Shown here: positions 27,769 to 37,548 of the stretch, in pieces | Numbering within the stretch: position 1 is the first letter of the stretch | How the letters are laid out: the number at the start of each line of letters is the position of its first letter | NCBI GenBank assembly: GCA_964481205.1 | Contig: CAYZYE010000005.1 | Location: 1 to 49,975, forward strand | Direction of reading: 5' to 3' | Length of the DNA stretch: 49,975 nucleotides | DNA from: an uncultured Anaerolineae bacterium | GTDB taxonomy: Bacteria > Chloroflexota > Anaerolineae > JAFGEY01 | Translations under genes and position numbers: made by a program | Notes under the pieces: model-generated | The model's input: the letters and a program-made list of their open reading frames with translations, nothing else | The model's database searches: none | What the model was told of the DNA's origin: nothing

Positions 27769-28832
27769 TTTTTCTCCTTGTCGGCAAACTCGTTGATCTG
27801 GATTTTTTGTCCGGTCTCGGCGCTCTCGATGGCCCCCAAGACCATAGTCAAACTTTTGATATTGTCGGCGCCGGTTGTCTCCGGCTCGGTGCGGGTTTGC
27901 ACCGCGTGGATAAAAGCCTCGATCACGCCCGCGTGCCCGCAAAGCATCTGCGGGGCGTCCCATTCGGGCACGGGAACGTCTTGCAATTTAGAGTTAAATC
28001 CCCCGCTTTCCACCGCCACCTGGGCTTGAAACCCTGCCGCGCCGTTCCAGGTCACGCTGCCCTTTTCGCCGATGATGCGCCAATCGCACTCCCAGGCGGT
28101 GTTGAGACCCTCTGCGCACCAGCTGCCGCGATAGGTATAGACGACATCGGGCGCGGGTGCGCCGGCGCTTTGCATCTCGAAAATGGCGACTGCCGAGGCG
28201 TCGTGATCGTACCACGAACCGGGCGGGTTCCACTCGTGGCAGTAGACGGATGCGGGGTCGCGGCCCGTGATCAACCGCGCGGCGTCAAAGGTATGGATGG
28301 CCATGTCGAGCAGCAGGACGTGCTGCATGTGGTCGCGAAAGCCGCCAAAATGCGCGCCGATGTAAAAATCACAGTTGACGGTGGTGATGCGCCCCAGCGC
28401 GCCGCTGTCCAGAAACTTGCGCAGGCGGCGAATGTTGGGGTCGTAACGCCGGTTTTGGATGATCGCCAGGGTGCGCCCGGCCCGGCGCGCGGTTTCGATC
28501 ATTTGCGCGGCGTTCTCTATCGAGTCGGCGAGCGGTTTTTCGCACAGCACGTGGCAGCCGCTTTCGAGGGCCGTGATCGTCGTCGCGGCGTGCGCCTGAG
28601 GGACGGTGCAGTTGAACACCACTTGGGGGCGGGTGGCCTGGAGCGCGGCGGCGAGATCGGCGCCGATCATTGCGTTGTCGTCGCCGTATTCGGCGGCGCG
28701 CTGCCTCGCGGCCTCGACAATCAAGTCGACATAGGCGACCATGTTCACATCGCCTCTGGCCTTGATCGCGTCGAGCCAGGCGCGGCTGATCCCACCGCAG
28801 CCAACGAGCAATGCGCGGATCATAGTGCTCAT
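27765..28832 (-). CDS. Gfo/Idh/MocA oxidoreductase
   Basis: VGCGGIS, CEKPL, QNRRY, DMAIHTFD. Confidence 0.92.
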   Translation of the reverse strand: MSTMIRALLVGCGGISRAWLDAIKARGDVNMVAYVDLIVEAARQRAAEYGDDNAMIGADLAAALQATRPQVVFNCTVPQAHAATTITALESGCHVLCEKPLADSIENAAQMIETARRAGRTLAIIQNRRYDPNIRRLRKFLDSGALGRITTVNCDFYIGAHFGGFRDHMQHVLLLDMAIHTFDAARLITGRDPASVYCHEWNPPGSWYDHDASAVAIFEMQSAGAPAPDVVYTYRGSWCAEGLNTAWECDWRIIGEKGSVTWNGAAGFQAQVAVESGGFNSKLQDVPVPEWDAPQMLCGHAGVIEAFIHAVQTRTEPETTGADNIKSLTMVLGAIESAETGQKIQINEFADKEKK

Positions 28833-28850
28833 ACAATGTTCTCCTCTTGG

Positions 28851-28943
28851 TTATGGAATTGCCCAGGCTTTTCCAGCCCGTTTCAAAGACAACTTTTGTC
28901 GCTTGCAAGTTTTGGGACATTTTACAAACTGGAAAAGCCTTAT
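28851..28943. repeat. dispersed ~95-bp repeat, copy A, with inner 12-bp inverted repeat
   Basis: TTATGGAATTGCCCA..GCTTGCAAGTTTTGGGACATT..AAACTGGAAAAGCCTTAT shared with 37436-37535; AGGCTTTTCCAG (28865) / CTGGAAAAGCCT (28929). Confidence 0.8.
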
Positions 28944-30481
28944 GCCCCGGCGATGCGCGGCATGCGCGTCGGCTCGCGCTGAATTTCGGCCTGGACAAAT
29001 TTGAGCAACAGTTCGGCCTTGATCGCGGCGTATGCCGGGTCGTCCCAGCGGTTGTGCAACTCGCGCGGGTCGGTTTGCAGGTCAAACAACTCGCCGTACC
29101 CGGCGTTCCGGTAGACGGTGATTTTGTAGCGGTCTGTGACCAGCGTGCGCAGGTGAACGGTGGTCGGGTTGTGACGGTTTTCGATCAGCACCCAGTCGCG
29201 GGCCTGGCTCTCGTCGCCGCTCCACACCTCGAGCTGGTTCAACCCCTGCATCAGTCCCGGCGTTTCGATGCCGGCCGCGTTCAAGAATGTGACCGGCCAA
29301 TCGACCTGGCATTGCAGCGTGTTGGAGCGGACGCCGGCCGGGAGCACGCCGGGGTAACGGGCGATCATTGGTATTCTGAGCATATCTTCATAGTGAAACG
29401 CACCTTTGGCGATCAGGCCATGCTGTCCCAAAAAGTGGCCGTGGTCGGTGCTGAACACCACCAGCGTATTGTCGGCGATGCCCAGGCGATCCAGCGCGTC
29501 GAGGATGCGCCCTATCTCGCTGTCGATCAGGCTGACCATGCCATAATAGCTGGCCATACTCTGCCGCAGCTCGTGCTCGCTGTGCAGGTGCGAGTGAAAC
29601 CCGTGCAGTCCCTTGCCGTTCGGCTCGCGGTACATTGAATAGTCGGGGTTTTGTTCTTGCGTTTTGGCAAATTGCGGCGGCATGTCGTCCATCTCGCCGG
29701 CGACAAATTCTCCCGGTTCCATATCCTCCATATCGTACATGCTGGCCCACGGCTCGGGTATGGCATAGGGCGGGTGGGGGTCGAAAAAGCTGGCCCACAG
29801 GAAAAAGGGCTTGTCTTCTTGCAGCGACCGCTCCATGTTGGCCACCGTCCGCTCGCCGACCCAGTGTGTGTGATGGAACGCTTCGGGGATGTCCCAGATC
29901 ATTGCTCCGCGCGTGTACTGGGGGCCGCGGTACTTGTCGTTGGGATCGGGCGGCCATTTTTGAAAATAGTCGCGCCATTGGGTAAACCCTTTTTCTTCCA
30001 TCCAGATGGCGTAATGCTGCCCGGCGTGCGATTCGTGGGCGTGCATACGCGCCGTCTCGACGTGGTTAAAGCCGTACCACGGGCCGTGGAAATTGCGCCA
30101 GAATTCCAGGTCGCGCATGATCGGCTGGCACTCGATCGACTCGCTGCCCGGCGCCGAGGCCAGTGGTTGAAAGTGCGCTTTGCCCACAAGGATGCTGTTG
30201 TAGCCGTGCGCCTGAAAGGTGTCGCCGACGGTGGGCACGTCTTCCGGCAGTTTGACGCCGATTGTCCAGCAGCCGTGCCAGGCCGGGTACAGCCCGGTGA
30301 TCATTGTCGAGCGCGAGGGCGAGCAGACCGGATTGTTACAGTAGGCACGGTCGAACAGCACGCCCGTCGCGGCCAGGCGATCCAGATTGGGCGTTTTGAT
30401 TGTGGCATTGTTGGCGCCCAGAGCGTTGTAATGTTGTTGGTCGCTGGTGATGAGCAGGATGTTGGGGCGAGAGTGAGACAT
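28940..30481 (-). CDS. Cys-type sulfatase, cytoplasmic
   Basis: PNILLITSDQQ, CSPSRS (CxPxR), GKAHF, FSTDHG. Confidence 0.92.
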   Translation of the reverse strand: MSHSRPNILLITSDQQHYNALGANNATIKTPNLDRLAATGVLFDRAYCNNPVCSPSRSTMITGLYPAWHGCWTIGVKLPEDVPTVGDTFQAHGYNSILVGKAHFQPLASAPGSESIECQPIMRDLEFWRNFHGPWYGFNHVETARMHAHESHAGQHYAIWMEEKGFTQWRDYFQKWPPDPNDKYRGPQYTRGAMIWDIPEAFHHTHWVGERTVANMERSLQEDKPFFLWASFFDPHPPYAIPEPWASMYDMEDMEPGEFVAGEMDDMPPQFAKTQEQNPDYSMYREPNGKGLHGFHSHLHSEHELRQSMASYYGMVSLIDSEIGRILDALDRLGIADNTLVVFSTDHGHFLGQHGLIAKGAFHYEDMLRIPMIARYPGVLPAGVRSNTLQCQVDWPVTFLNAAGIETPGLMQGLNQLEVWSGDESQARDWVLIENRHNPTTVHLRTLVTDRYKITVYRNAGYGELFDLQTDPRELHNRWDDPAYAAIKAELLLKFVQAEIQREPTRMPRIAGA

Positions 30482-30508
30482 GAACAGAGGCTCCTTTTTG
30501 ATGTTGTG

Positions 30509-31522
30509 TTATGCCATTGTGTCCAGCATATCAATCGTCACCGGCCATTGCAGCGGTTGACCATTGACAAAACGTTCGATCTCTTGGACGGTATAGTCGC
30601 CTTGTCGCTGGCGCGCTTTTTCAGATGCTCCGGCGATGTGCGGGGTGAGGAATACGTTGGGCAGGGCGCGGTAGGGGTGGTCTGGGGGCAGCGGTTCCTG
30701 GTCGAACACGTCCAGCGCAGCCTGGATGCGACCGCTTTCCAGTTCGGCCAGCAGCGCCTCCTGGTCGATCGAATGGGCACGCGCGGTGTTGACCAGGGCG
30801 GCGCCGTCTTGCATCAACCCGAGTTCTCGCGCGCCGATCATGTGGTAGGTGGCCGGCGTCGAGGGCACTTGCATCGACACGACGCGGCAGTTGGCGAGCA
30901 GATCGTCCAGTTCGACCTGGTGTACGCCCAGTTCGGCGGCGCGTTTGTTGCTCAAATAGGGGTCATAGACCCATGTTTCCACCCCCAGCGCGCGCAGCAG
31001 TTTGATCAGGCAGCGCCCGGTATAGCCGGCGCCGACCACGCCGATGCGTTGGTGGACGATCTCTTGCCCCAGCGCGGGGATGGATTGGCTGCGCCATTCG
31101 CCGGCGCGGACGGCTTGGTCGTGGCGGTAGGCGTGACGGAGCATCAACATGATCAGCATCAGCGACATGTCGGCGACGGCGGGGGCGATCGCGCCGGCGG
31201 CGTGGGTCACGGCAATGCCGCGCTCGAACACGGGACGGGGCAACATTTTTTTGATGCTGCCCGCCGTGTGGGCGACGAGTTTGAGCCGGTTGGCTGCGTC
31301 CAGCACTTGGGGGGTAAAGGTGGGCGTCCCCCAGCCGGTCAGCACGATGTCGAAATCGGGGATCAGCCCGGCCAGCTCTGGGGATGAGGGGTTGTGCGCT
31401 TGTTCGTTAAAGACGACATGCCCCAGTTTGCGCAGGGCGCGATCGGCGTCTGGCGTAAAGAGTGTGTGGTACAAGCCTGGTTGCGGTACGACGAGGATGC
31501 GGGGTTGGGATGACACGGTCAT
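30509..31522 (-). CDS. D-isomer-specific 2-hydroxyacid dehydrogenase family
   Basis: GVVGAGYTG, VNTARA, LDVF.QEP, TPHIAG; GGAGG RBS. Confidence 0.9.
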   Translation of the reverse strand: MTVSSQPRILVVPQPGLYHTLFTPDADRALRKLGHVVFNEQAHNPSSPELAGLIPDFDIVLTGWGTPTFTPQVLDAANRLKLVAHTAGSIKKMLPRPVFERGIAVTHAAGAIAPAVADMSLMLIMLMLRHAYRHDQAVRAGEWRSQSIPALGQEIVHQRIGVVGAGYTGRCLIKLLRALGVETWVYDPYLSNKRAAELGVHQVELDDLLANCRVVSMQVPSTPATYHMIGARELGLMQDGAALVNTARAHSIDQEALLAELESGRIQAALDVFDQEPLPPDHPYRALPNVFLTPHIAGASEKARQRQGDYTVQEIERFVNGQPLQWPVTIDMLDTMA

Positions 31523-31595
31523 TGTTTTGGCCTCCATGTTTGGGCGGTTGGCGGGATCGCCGGCGCGTTTTTTGGCGAACTCGCGAGTGTGAGCC

Positions 31596-31624
31596 ATTAT
31601 AATGCCTGCTCGTTCTGCTGTCAA
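31596..31624 (-). promoter_or_regulatory. perfect consensus sigma70 promoter of the leftward sulfatase operon
   Basis: Minus strand TTGACA (31624-31619), 17 bp, TATAAT (31601-31596). Confidence 0.8.
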
Positions 31625-31656
31625 CATCGGTGTGTGTTTTTGTCTGGGATGCGCTT

Positions 31657-31685
31657 TTGACAAGAATAGCACATCGGGGTAAAAT
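31657..31685 (+). promoter_or_regulatory. sigma70 promoter of the deoR-rhaA operon
   Basis: TTGACA-17 bp-TAAAAT. Confidence 0.75.
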
Positions 31686-31735
31686 GAAAGAAATCGAAAA
31701 CAAAGACAACTCGAACAAGAATAGGGAATGCCTCA

Positions 31736-32512
31736 ATGGTGACGGACAAACTTTTTCTTCAGGAGCGATTGGATCGTATCGTTACTTTGCTTCAGGAACA
31801 GGGACGTGTTTCGGTTTCCGAGTTGAGCCGGCGTTTTGCCGTTTCAGCCGTGACGATCCGCAATGATTTGACCACGTTGGAAAAACAGGGGTTGCTTATT
31901 CGCACGCATGGCGGGGCGATGCTCAAGCCCATTTCCGGCGCAGAATTGGCTTTTGACTTTCGGCGTGGGCTTTACCCCGTTGAAAAGGAGCGCATTGGTC
32001 GGGCTGCGGCGGCGATGGTGCTGGATGGTGAGGCGATTGCCCTCGATGCCAGCACGACCGCCTGGCATGTCGCCCGGCATCTCAAGGACCGGCGCGAGTT
32101 GACGGTGGTGACCAATGGCTTGTTTATCGCGCTCGAATTTCTCGATTCTCCCGGTGTGATGGTGGTGATGCCCGGTGGTTCGCTGCGCGCGGCGTCGGCA
32201 TCGTTGACCGGCGAGCTGGGCGCAGATATTTTGGATCGTTACAACGTGCAAAAAGGGTTTTTTGGCGCGCGTGGTTTTACCCTGGGCGAAGGGTTGACCG
32301 ATGTCAATCAATACGAGGTGGCGCTCAAACGGCGGATGGTCGATCGCTGCAAACAAGTGTTTGCCGTGGTCGATTCGAGCAAGTGGGGGCAGGTTGCGTT
32401 TGCGACTTTTGCCAAATTGGACGAGATCGAGTGCGTCATCGTCGATCAGTCGGCGCCAGAAGAGATGTTGTCGGTGTTGAGGGAAAGACAAATCAAGGTG
32501 ATGTTGGTGTAA
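31736..32512 (+). CDS. DeoR/GlpR transcriptional regulator (RhaR-like by context)
   Basis: VSVSELSRRFAVSAVTIRNDL..LE..G...RTHGGA; DASTT, VVTN, DSSKW. Confidence 0.93.
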   Translation: MVTDKLFLQERLDRIVTLLQEQGRVSVSELSRRFAVSAVTIRNDLTTLEKQGLLIRTHGGAMLKPISGAELAFDFRRGLYPVEKERIGRAAAAMVLDGEAIALDASTTAWHVARHLKDRRELTVVTNGLFIALEFLDSPGVMVVMPGGSLRAASASLTGELGADILDRYNVQKGFFGARGFTLGEGLTDVNQYEVALKRRMVDRCKQVFAVVDSSKWGQVAFATFAKLDEIECVIVDQSAPEEMLSVLRERQIKVMLV

Positions 32513-32524
32513 AGGAGTCAAATT

Positions 32525-33802
32525 GTGAACAGGTACCCAACTGAAAAACAGGTTCGGGATGCTTATGCGCTGGCTCGAGAGCGTTACGCTTTGATCGGTG
32601 TGGATGCCGGCCAGGCGTTGAAAACGCTGGCCGGTATTTCGTCCAGTTTGCATTGCTGGCAGGGCGATGATGTGGGGGGCTTTGAGAACCCCGAGGGCGA
32701 GCTTTCAGGCGGCATTGCCGCCACGGGCAATTATCCCGGCAAGGCGCGCAACGCCGATGAGCTGCGCGCCGACCTCGATGTGGCCTATAGCCTGATTCCG
32801 GGCGTGCATCGTCTGAATTTGCACGCCATCTATGCCGAGACAGGCGGTCGGGCGGTCGATCGCAACGAGTTGCAGCCGGCGCATTTTGCCAATTGGGTGG
32901 ATTGGGCCAGGGAAAAGGGGCATGCTCTCGATTTCAACCCCACCTTGTTTTCGCACCCCAAGGCCGGCAGCGGCTTTACGCTGTCGCATTATGACGAGGG
33001 GATTCGCCGGTTTTGGATCGAGCATTGCATCGCCTGCCGCGAGATCGGCGCGTCTTTTGGCCGGGCGCTGGGCGCGCCGTGCGTGACCAACATTTGGATT
33101 CCCGACGGGTTCAAGGACACGCCGGTCGACCGGGCCACGCCGCGTTTGCTGCTCAAGGACTCGCTGGACAAGATTTTGGCCGAGCCGATCGATCCCGCTT
33201 ACAACCTCGACGCGGTCGAGGGCAAGTTGTTTGGCCTGGGCGCCGAGAGTTATACCGTCGGCTCGCACGAGTTTTATCTTGCTTATGCCGTCGCCAACCA
33301 CGTGTTGTTGACTCTTGATTCGGGGCATTTTCACCCCACCGAGGTCATTTCTGACAAGCTTTCGGCGGTGATGCCTTTTGTCGACGAGCTGTTGTTGCAC
33401 GTCAGTCGCGGCGTGCGCTGGGACAGCGATCACGTCGTCACTTTGACCGATGAGCTGCAAGCGATTGCTCAAGAGCTGGTGCGCGGCGGGTACTTGGGCC
33501 GCGTCCATATTGGCCTCGATTACTTTGACGCCAGTATCAACCGCGTGGCTGCGTGGGCGATCGGCGCGCGAAATACGATGCGGGCGCTGTTGATGGCGCT
33601 GCTCGAGCCGCTGGCGCAGATGAAAGCCCTGGAGATCGATGGCAATTATACCGCTCGTCTGGCCCTGTTGGAGGCGCTCAAGGGGATGCCATTTGGCGCG
33701 GTGTGGGACCAGTTTTGCCTGGAGCAGGGCGCGCCGTTGGGGCTGGCCTTGATGGAGGCGATCGAGGATTATGAGGTGAGCACGCTGTCGGCGCGCGGGT
33801 GA
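32525..33802 (+). CDS. rhaA: L-rhamnose isomerase
   Basis: [65 protein letters not shown]. Confidence 0.95.
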   Translation: MNRYPTEKQVRDAYALARERYALIGVDAGQALKTLAGISSSLHCWQGDDVGGFENPEGELSGGIAATGNYPGKARNADELRADLDVAYSLIPGVHRLNLHAIYAETGGRAVDRNELQPAHFANWVDWAREKGHALDFNPTLFSHPKAGSGFTLSHYDEGIRRFWIEHCIACREIGASFGRALGAPCVTNIWIPDGFKDTPVDRATPRLLLKDSLDKILAEPIDPAYNLDAVEGKLFGLGAESYTVGSHEFYLAYAVANHVLLTLDSGHFHPTEVISDKLSAVMPFVDELLLHVSRGVRWDSDHVVTLTDELQAIAQELVRGGYLGRVHIGLDYFDASINRVAAWAIGARNTMRALLMALLEPLAQMKALEIDGNYTARLALLEALKGMPFGAVWDQFCLEQGAPLGLALMEAIEDYEVSTLSARG

Positions 33803-33965
33803 TGAGGGGCATCATACTGCCGGCCAACGCGGAAAATTGGGCAAAATGTAAATTGCAATCCGTCGGGCCAGTTTCTTGGGAGCAATTCAAGTCCGGTGGT
33901 GATACGATCTGGGTTTACTTGGCTGCTTGAGGATTGCTTCAGGTGCAAAAGGTGTGCCTTTGCAA

Positions 33966-34138
33966 TAGGGCTGTTCAATTCTAATTTGTGACTAAAGTCA
34001 CCGCTGGCGGGCCAAAGCCGGGCGTTCCACCTGCGTGGACGCCGCCGCTGGTGGGGACTCGTCGCTGTAGAGGGACGACCAGCCAACGGCTCGCCAAACG
34101 CGGTTTCAACCGCTGGGTTGTAGAATTGAACAGCCCTG
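33966..34138. mobile_element. 173-bp MITE, 18-bp TIRs, 10-bp TSD (ISAs1-like ends)
   Basis: TAGGGCTGTTCAATTCTA / TAGAATTGAACAGCCCTG (17/18 complementary); GCCTTTGCAA duplicated at 33956-33965 and 34139-34148. Confidence 0.88.
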
Positions 34139-34205
34139 GCCTTTGCAATGACATTATCGTAGGGGGGCTGGTTGGGGTGTGGTGGCGATGCCAGTTTGAC
34201 ATGGA

Positions 34206-35339
34206 ATGGAGGCAACCTTGGATCATCTTGGGCGTTTTATCGCCGTAATGGAATACCAACCGGTGGATCGCGTGCTCAACTGGGAGATGGGCGTGTGGGG
34301 GCAGACGCGCGATCGTTGGGCCGGGGAGGGACTGGACACGACCTCGCTGCATTGGCAGTGGTTTCCGGGCGAGGCGGCGTTGGGGCTGGCTCCCAAAGAG
34401 TTTATCTATTTCAACGGCGGGATGATCCCTCCGTTCGAGTACGAGGTGTACGAGGAAGATGAGCGGACGATCACCTTTCGTGACGCCAGAGGTATGGTGC
34501 GCCGCGCGCTCAAAGAGGGCACGGCGCACGGCATGCGCGCCTCGATGGATCATTTTATCAGCTTTCCGGTGCAGACGATGGCCGACTGGCAAGAGGTCAA
34601 AAAACGGCTTGACCCGGCCAGTCCCCAGCGCTACGAGCCAAACTGGGAGGTGACGCGCGTTTTGGGCTGGCAAAAGCGGCGTCATCCGCTGGTGTTTGGG
34701 CCGAACACGTCGACAGAGGGGTTTTATTGGTTTGCTCGCGAGTTGATGGGTACCGAGGGGCTGTCTTATGGCTGGTACGATCAGCCCAATTTGCTGCACG
34801 ATATTATGGAGCACCACGCCGATTTTTTGATCGAGGCGGCGCGACCAATTTTGGAGCGCACGACGGTGGATTATGTGGTGTTTGCCGAAGACCTGGCTAT
34901 GAAAACCGGCCCGCTGCTCAGCCCCGGCACATACAAGACCTTTATTTATCCTCGTTTGAAAAAGGTTTGCGAATTTTACAAATCACACGGCGTGCGCTAT
35001 GTGGTGATCGATACCGACGGCAATCCCGAGGCCGTGATCCCGCTGATGCTCGACGCCGGGGTTGACGCGCTGTGGCCGCTCGAACGCGCCGCCGATCAAG
35101 ACCCGCTGCGCCTGCGCAAGACATTTGGCAAATCATTGCGGCTGTGGGGCGGGGTCGACAAGCGCGTGCTTGCACAAGGCCCGGCGGCGATCGACGCCCA
35201 TTTGCGCGAAATGCGCCCATTGATCGCGGAAGGCGGTTTTATTCCAACTGTCGATCACACCGTTCCGCCCGACGTCAGTTGGGCAAATTTTCAGCACTAT
35301 TTGCGCAGCAAAGAAAAACTGTTGCGCGGCGAATTGTGA
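34206..35339 (+). CDS. uroporphyrinogen decarboxylase/MtaA-fold family protein 1
   Basis: FAEDLA.K.GPL.SP, IDTDGN, L.PLE.AA..D, GGVDK, GGFIP.VDH.VPPDVS; true start may be TTG 34218 (GGAGG at 34208). Confidence 0.8.
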   Translation: MEATLDHLGRFIAVMEYQPVDRVLNWEMGVWGQTRDRWAGEGLDTTSLHWQWFPGEAALGLAPKEFIYFNGGMIPPFEYEVYEEDERTITFRDARGMVRRALKEGTAHGMRASMDHFISFPVQTMADWQEVKKRLDPASPQRYEPNWEVTRVLGWQKRRHPLVFGPNTSTEGFYWFARELMGTEGLSYGWYDQPNLLHDIMEHHADFLIEAARPILERTTVDYVVFAEDLAMKTGPLLSPGTYKTFIYPRLKKVCEFYKSHGVRYVVIDTDGNPEAVIPLMLDAGVDALWPLERAADQDPLRLRKTFGKSLRLWGGVDKRVLAQGPAAIDAHLREMRPLIAEGGFIPTVDHTVPPDVSWANFQHYLRSKEKLLRGEL

Positions 35340-35438
35340 CCCCTGATTCGCGTCCTGTGCCCCGCTGCCGGCCTGGCTTTTTGTTCCGCTGGCGATGAGG
35401 TCAACAAGGCGATTTTTTTCGCAAAAGAAAGGTATTCG

Positions 35439-36593
35439 ATGAACAATCGAGAACGAGCAAACGCCGTGTTGCATTATCAAAATTACGACCGGCTGCCCAT
35501 TGTCCATTTTGGCTTTTGGGACGAGACCCTGCTCAAGTGGGCGCAAGAGGGGCATATCAGCGCGGAGCAGGCGCGCGCCTGGCGCGATGGAAATCCCGCT
35601 GACGCCGAGATCACGGCCAAACTGGGCTTTGATTTCAACTGGTACCACTGCTTTGCCCCGCAAACCGGGCTGCGTCCCCCGTTCGAGTTTCAGGTCGTGG
35701 CCGAGTTTCCCGATGGGTCGCAGCACATCCGCGACGGCAATGGGGCGATCGTCTTGCGCAAACCTGGCGCCACCTCGATCCCGGCCGAGATCGACCACCT
35801 GCTCAAGGATCGCGCTTCGTGGGAGGCCGAGTTCAAGCCGCGCCTCCAGTTCACGCCAGAGCGCGTCACCGACGGGTGGGTGAATGTGGCGGGCGAAATG
35901 ACGCCGTTCACCGAGGGCGGATTGGCGTATCTCTGCGCCGGCGAGTGGGAGACGCCCTATGGCCTTTTTTGCGGCAGTCTGTTCGGTAAAATCCGCGACT
36001 GGTTGGGATTGGTGGGGTTATCTTATCTGCAAGTGGACGACTCGCTGTTGTACGACGAGATCATTGACACGGTCGGCGAATTGTGCTATCAATGTACCAA
36101 AGCCACGCTAGAGACAGGCGCCCAGTTTGATTTTGGGCACTTTTGGGAGGACATTTGTTTCAAGAGCGGCCCGCTGATCAACCCCAAGGTGTTTCGCGCC
36201 AGGGTGGGGCCAAAATACAAACGGATCACCGACTTGCTGCATACCTATGATATCGACATCGTCTCGCTCGACTGCGATGGCAAGATCGACGACCTGGTGC
36301 CAATCTGGGTCGAAAACGGCGTCAATACAATGTTCCCGATCGAGGTCGGCACGTGGCACGCCAGCATTGCACCATGGCGAGAGAAATACGGCAAGGCCGT
36401 TCTTGGCGTGGGTGGGATGGACAAAAAAGTTTTTGCCTACGATTATGCCGCCATCGAAGCCGAGGTTGAACGACTCAAGCCGCTGGTCGATCTGGGCGGA
36501 TTCATTCCTTGTGTCGATCATCGTATTCCGCCCGACGCCAGGTGGGAGAATGTACAATATTATTGTGAAAAAATGCACGAGGCGTTTAGATAA
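35439..36593 (+). CDS. uroporphyrinogen decarboxylase/MtaA-fold family protein 2
   Basis: FWEDICFKSGPLI, SLDCDG, FPIEV, GGMDK, GGFIPCVDHRIPPD. Confidence 0.8.
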   Translation: MNNRERANAVLHYQNYDRLPIVHFGFWDETLLKWAQEGHISAEQARAWRDGNPADAEITAKLGFDFNWYHCFAPQTGLRPPFEFQVVAEFPDGSQHIRDGNGAIVLRKPGATSIPAEIDHLLKDRASWEAEFKPRLQFTPERVTDGWVNVAGEMTPFTEGGLAYLCAGEWETPYGLFCGSLFGKIRDWLGLVGLSYLQVDDSLLYDEIIDTVGELCYQCTKATLETGAQFDFGHFWEDICFKSGPLINPKVFRARVGPKYKRITDLLHTYDIDIVSLDCDGKIDDLVPIWVENGVNTMFPIEVGTWHASIAPWREKYGKAVLGVGGMDKKVFAYDYAAIEAEVERLKPLVDLGGFIPCVDHRIPPDARWENVQYYCEKMHEAFR

Positions 36594-36629
36594 ACCACGC
36601 GGCGCGTACCTCGGAAAGGAATCCCATCC

Positions 36630-37364
36630 ATGTCTCTACTGACCAAATATGCCTCTCAAGTATCCACTTTTGTTTCCGTTTGTCACCGATTGGCGAACAA
36701 TATGTATGTTACCGGCTATGGGGGCAACCTGGCCTGGAAATTGGAAGACGATCTGTTGCTGATCACCCCCACGCAGGTCAACAAGGGCGACATTACGCCG
36801 CAAGATGTGATCTTGATCGATCTGACCGGCGAGATCATTGAGGGCGTGCGTCGTCCGACCGGCGAGACGCCAATGTACCTCAAGTTCTTTAACGATCGCC
36901 CCGACATCATCTCGGTGCTGCACTGCCACCCGCCCAACATTTGCGCGATGGCGATTATGGACGGCCCCAACTGGCTGATGCGTCCGCTCTATCCCGAAAC
37001 GACGACCGAGATCGGCCCGGTGCCGGTGGTGCCGTATGGCGAACCGCTCACCGACAAATTGGCGCAAAATTTTGCCCCCTATTTGCCCAAGTACAACAGT
37101 TTTATCATGGAAAACCACGGTCTGGTTTCGATGAGTCAGGGCGACATTCGCTGGACGCTGCTCAATGTCGAGGTCTTGGAGGCGACGGCGCAGATGGTCT
37201 TGCTGGCCCTGGCCTCCGGGCAGGGGATCAAGGAACTGGACCGGCAGGCGGTGATCGATCTGGACAATGTGATGAAGACCCGTGGCTTGCCGCTCTTTGG
37301 CGCGCCGGGGGTCAATTTCTCTTTGGAGGCGTTGTATTTTGAGGACGCTCAACTGCCTGGATAG
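36630..37364 (+). CDS. class II aldolase/adducin family (ketose-1-phosphate aldolase candidate)
   Basis: GGNL, ITPT, GET.M, VLHCHPP, MENHG. Confidence 0.88.
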   Translation: MSLLTKYASQVSTFVSVCHRLANNMYVTGYGGNLAWKLEDDLLLITPTQVNKGDITPQDVILIDLTGEIIEGVRRPTGETPMYLKFFNDRPDIISVLHCHPPNICAMAIMDGPNWLMRPLYPETTTEIGPVPVVPYGEPLTDKLAQNFAPYLPKYNSFIMENHGLVSMSQGDIRWTLLNVEVLEATAQMVLLALASGQGIKELDRQAVIDLDNVMKTRGLPLFGAPGVNFSLEALYFEDAQLPG

Positions 37365-37535
37365 TTGGGCAATTCCAGAAAAATAATTGTCCCAGATTGG
37401 CATAGGCCATAGAATAATGTTGAAAGTAAGCAAGTTTATGGAATTGCCCAAGTTTTTCCAGTCTGTTTCGAGGGCAACTTTTTATCTCCAGTGCTTGCAA
37501 GTTTTGGGACATTGTAAAAACTGGAAAAGCCTTAT
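37365..37535. repeat. dispersed repeat copy B (37436-37535) preceded by a 13-bp inverted repeat
   Basis: Matches 28851-28943; TTGGGCAATTCCA (37365-37377) is the inverted complement of TGGAATTGCCCAA (37439-37451). Confidence 0.8.
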
Positions 37536-37548
37536 TGGAGGGAAATGA

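Noticed and set aside
29651-31387. Long antisense ORFs (578 aa here; also 14733-16403, 40072-42501, 45207-46796, 47092-48378)
   Set aside because: GC-rich shadow frames opposite well-supported genes, with no recognisable motifs.
33981-34817. ORFs starting in or crossing the MITE
   Set aside because: No transposase motifs; the element is too short to be autonomous.
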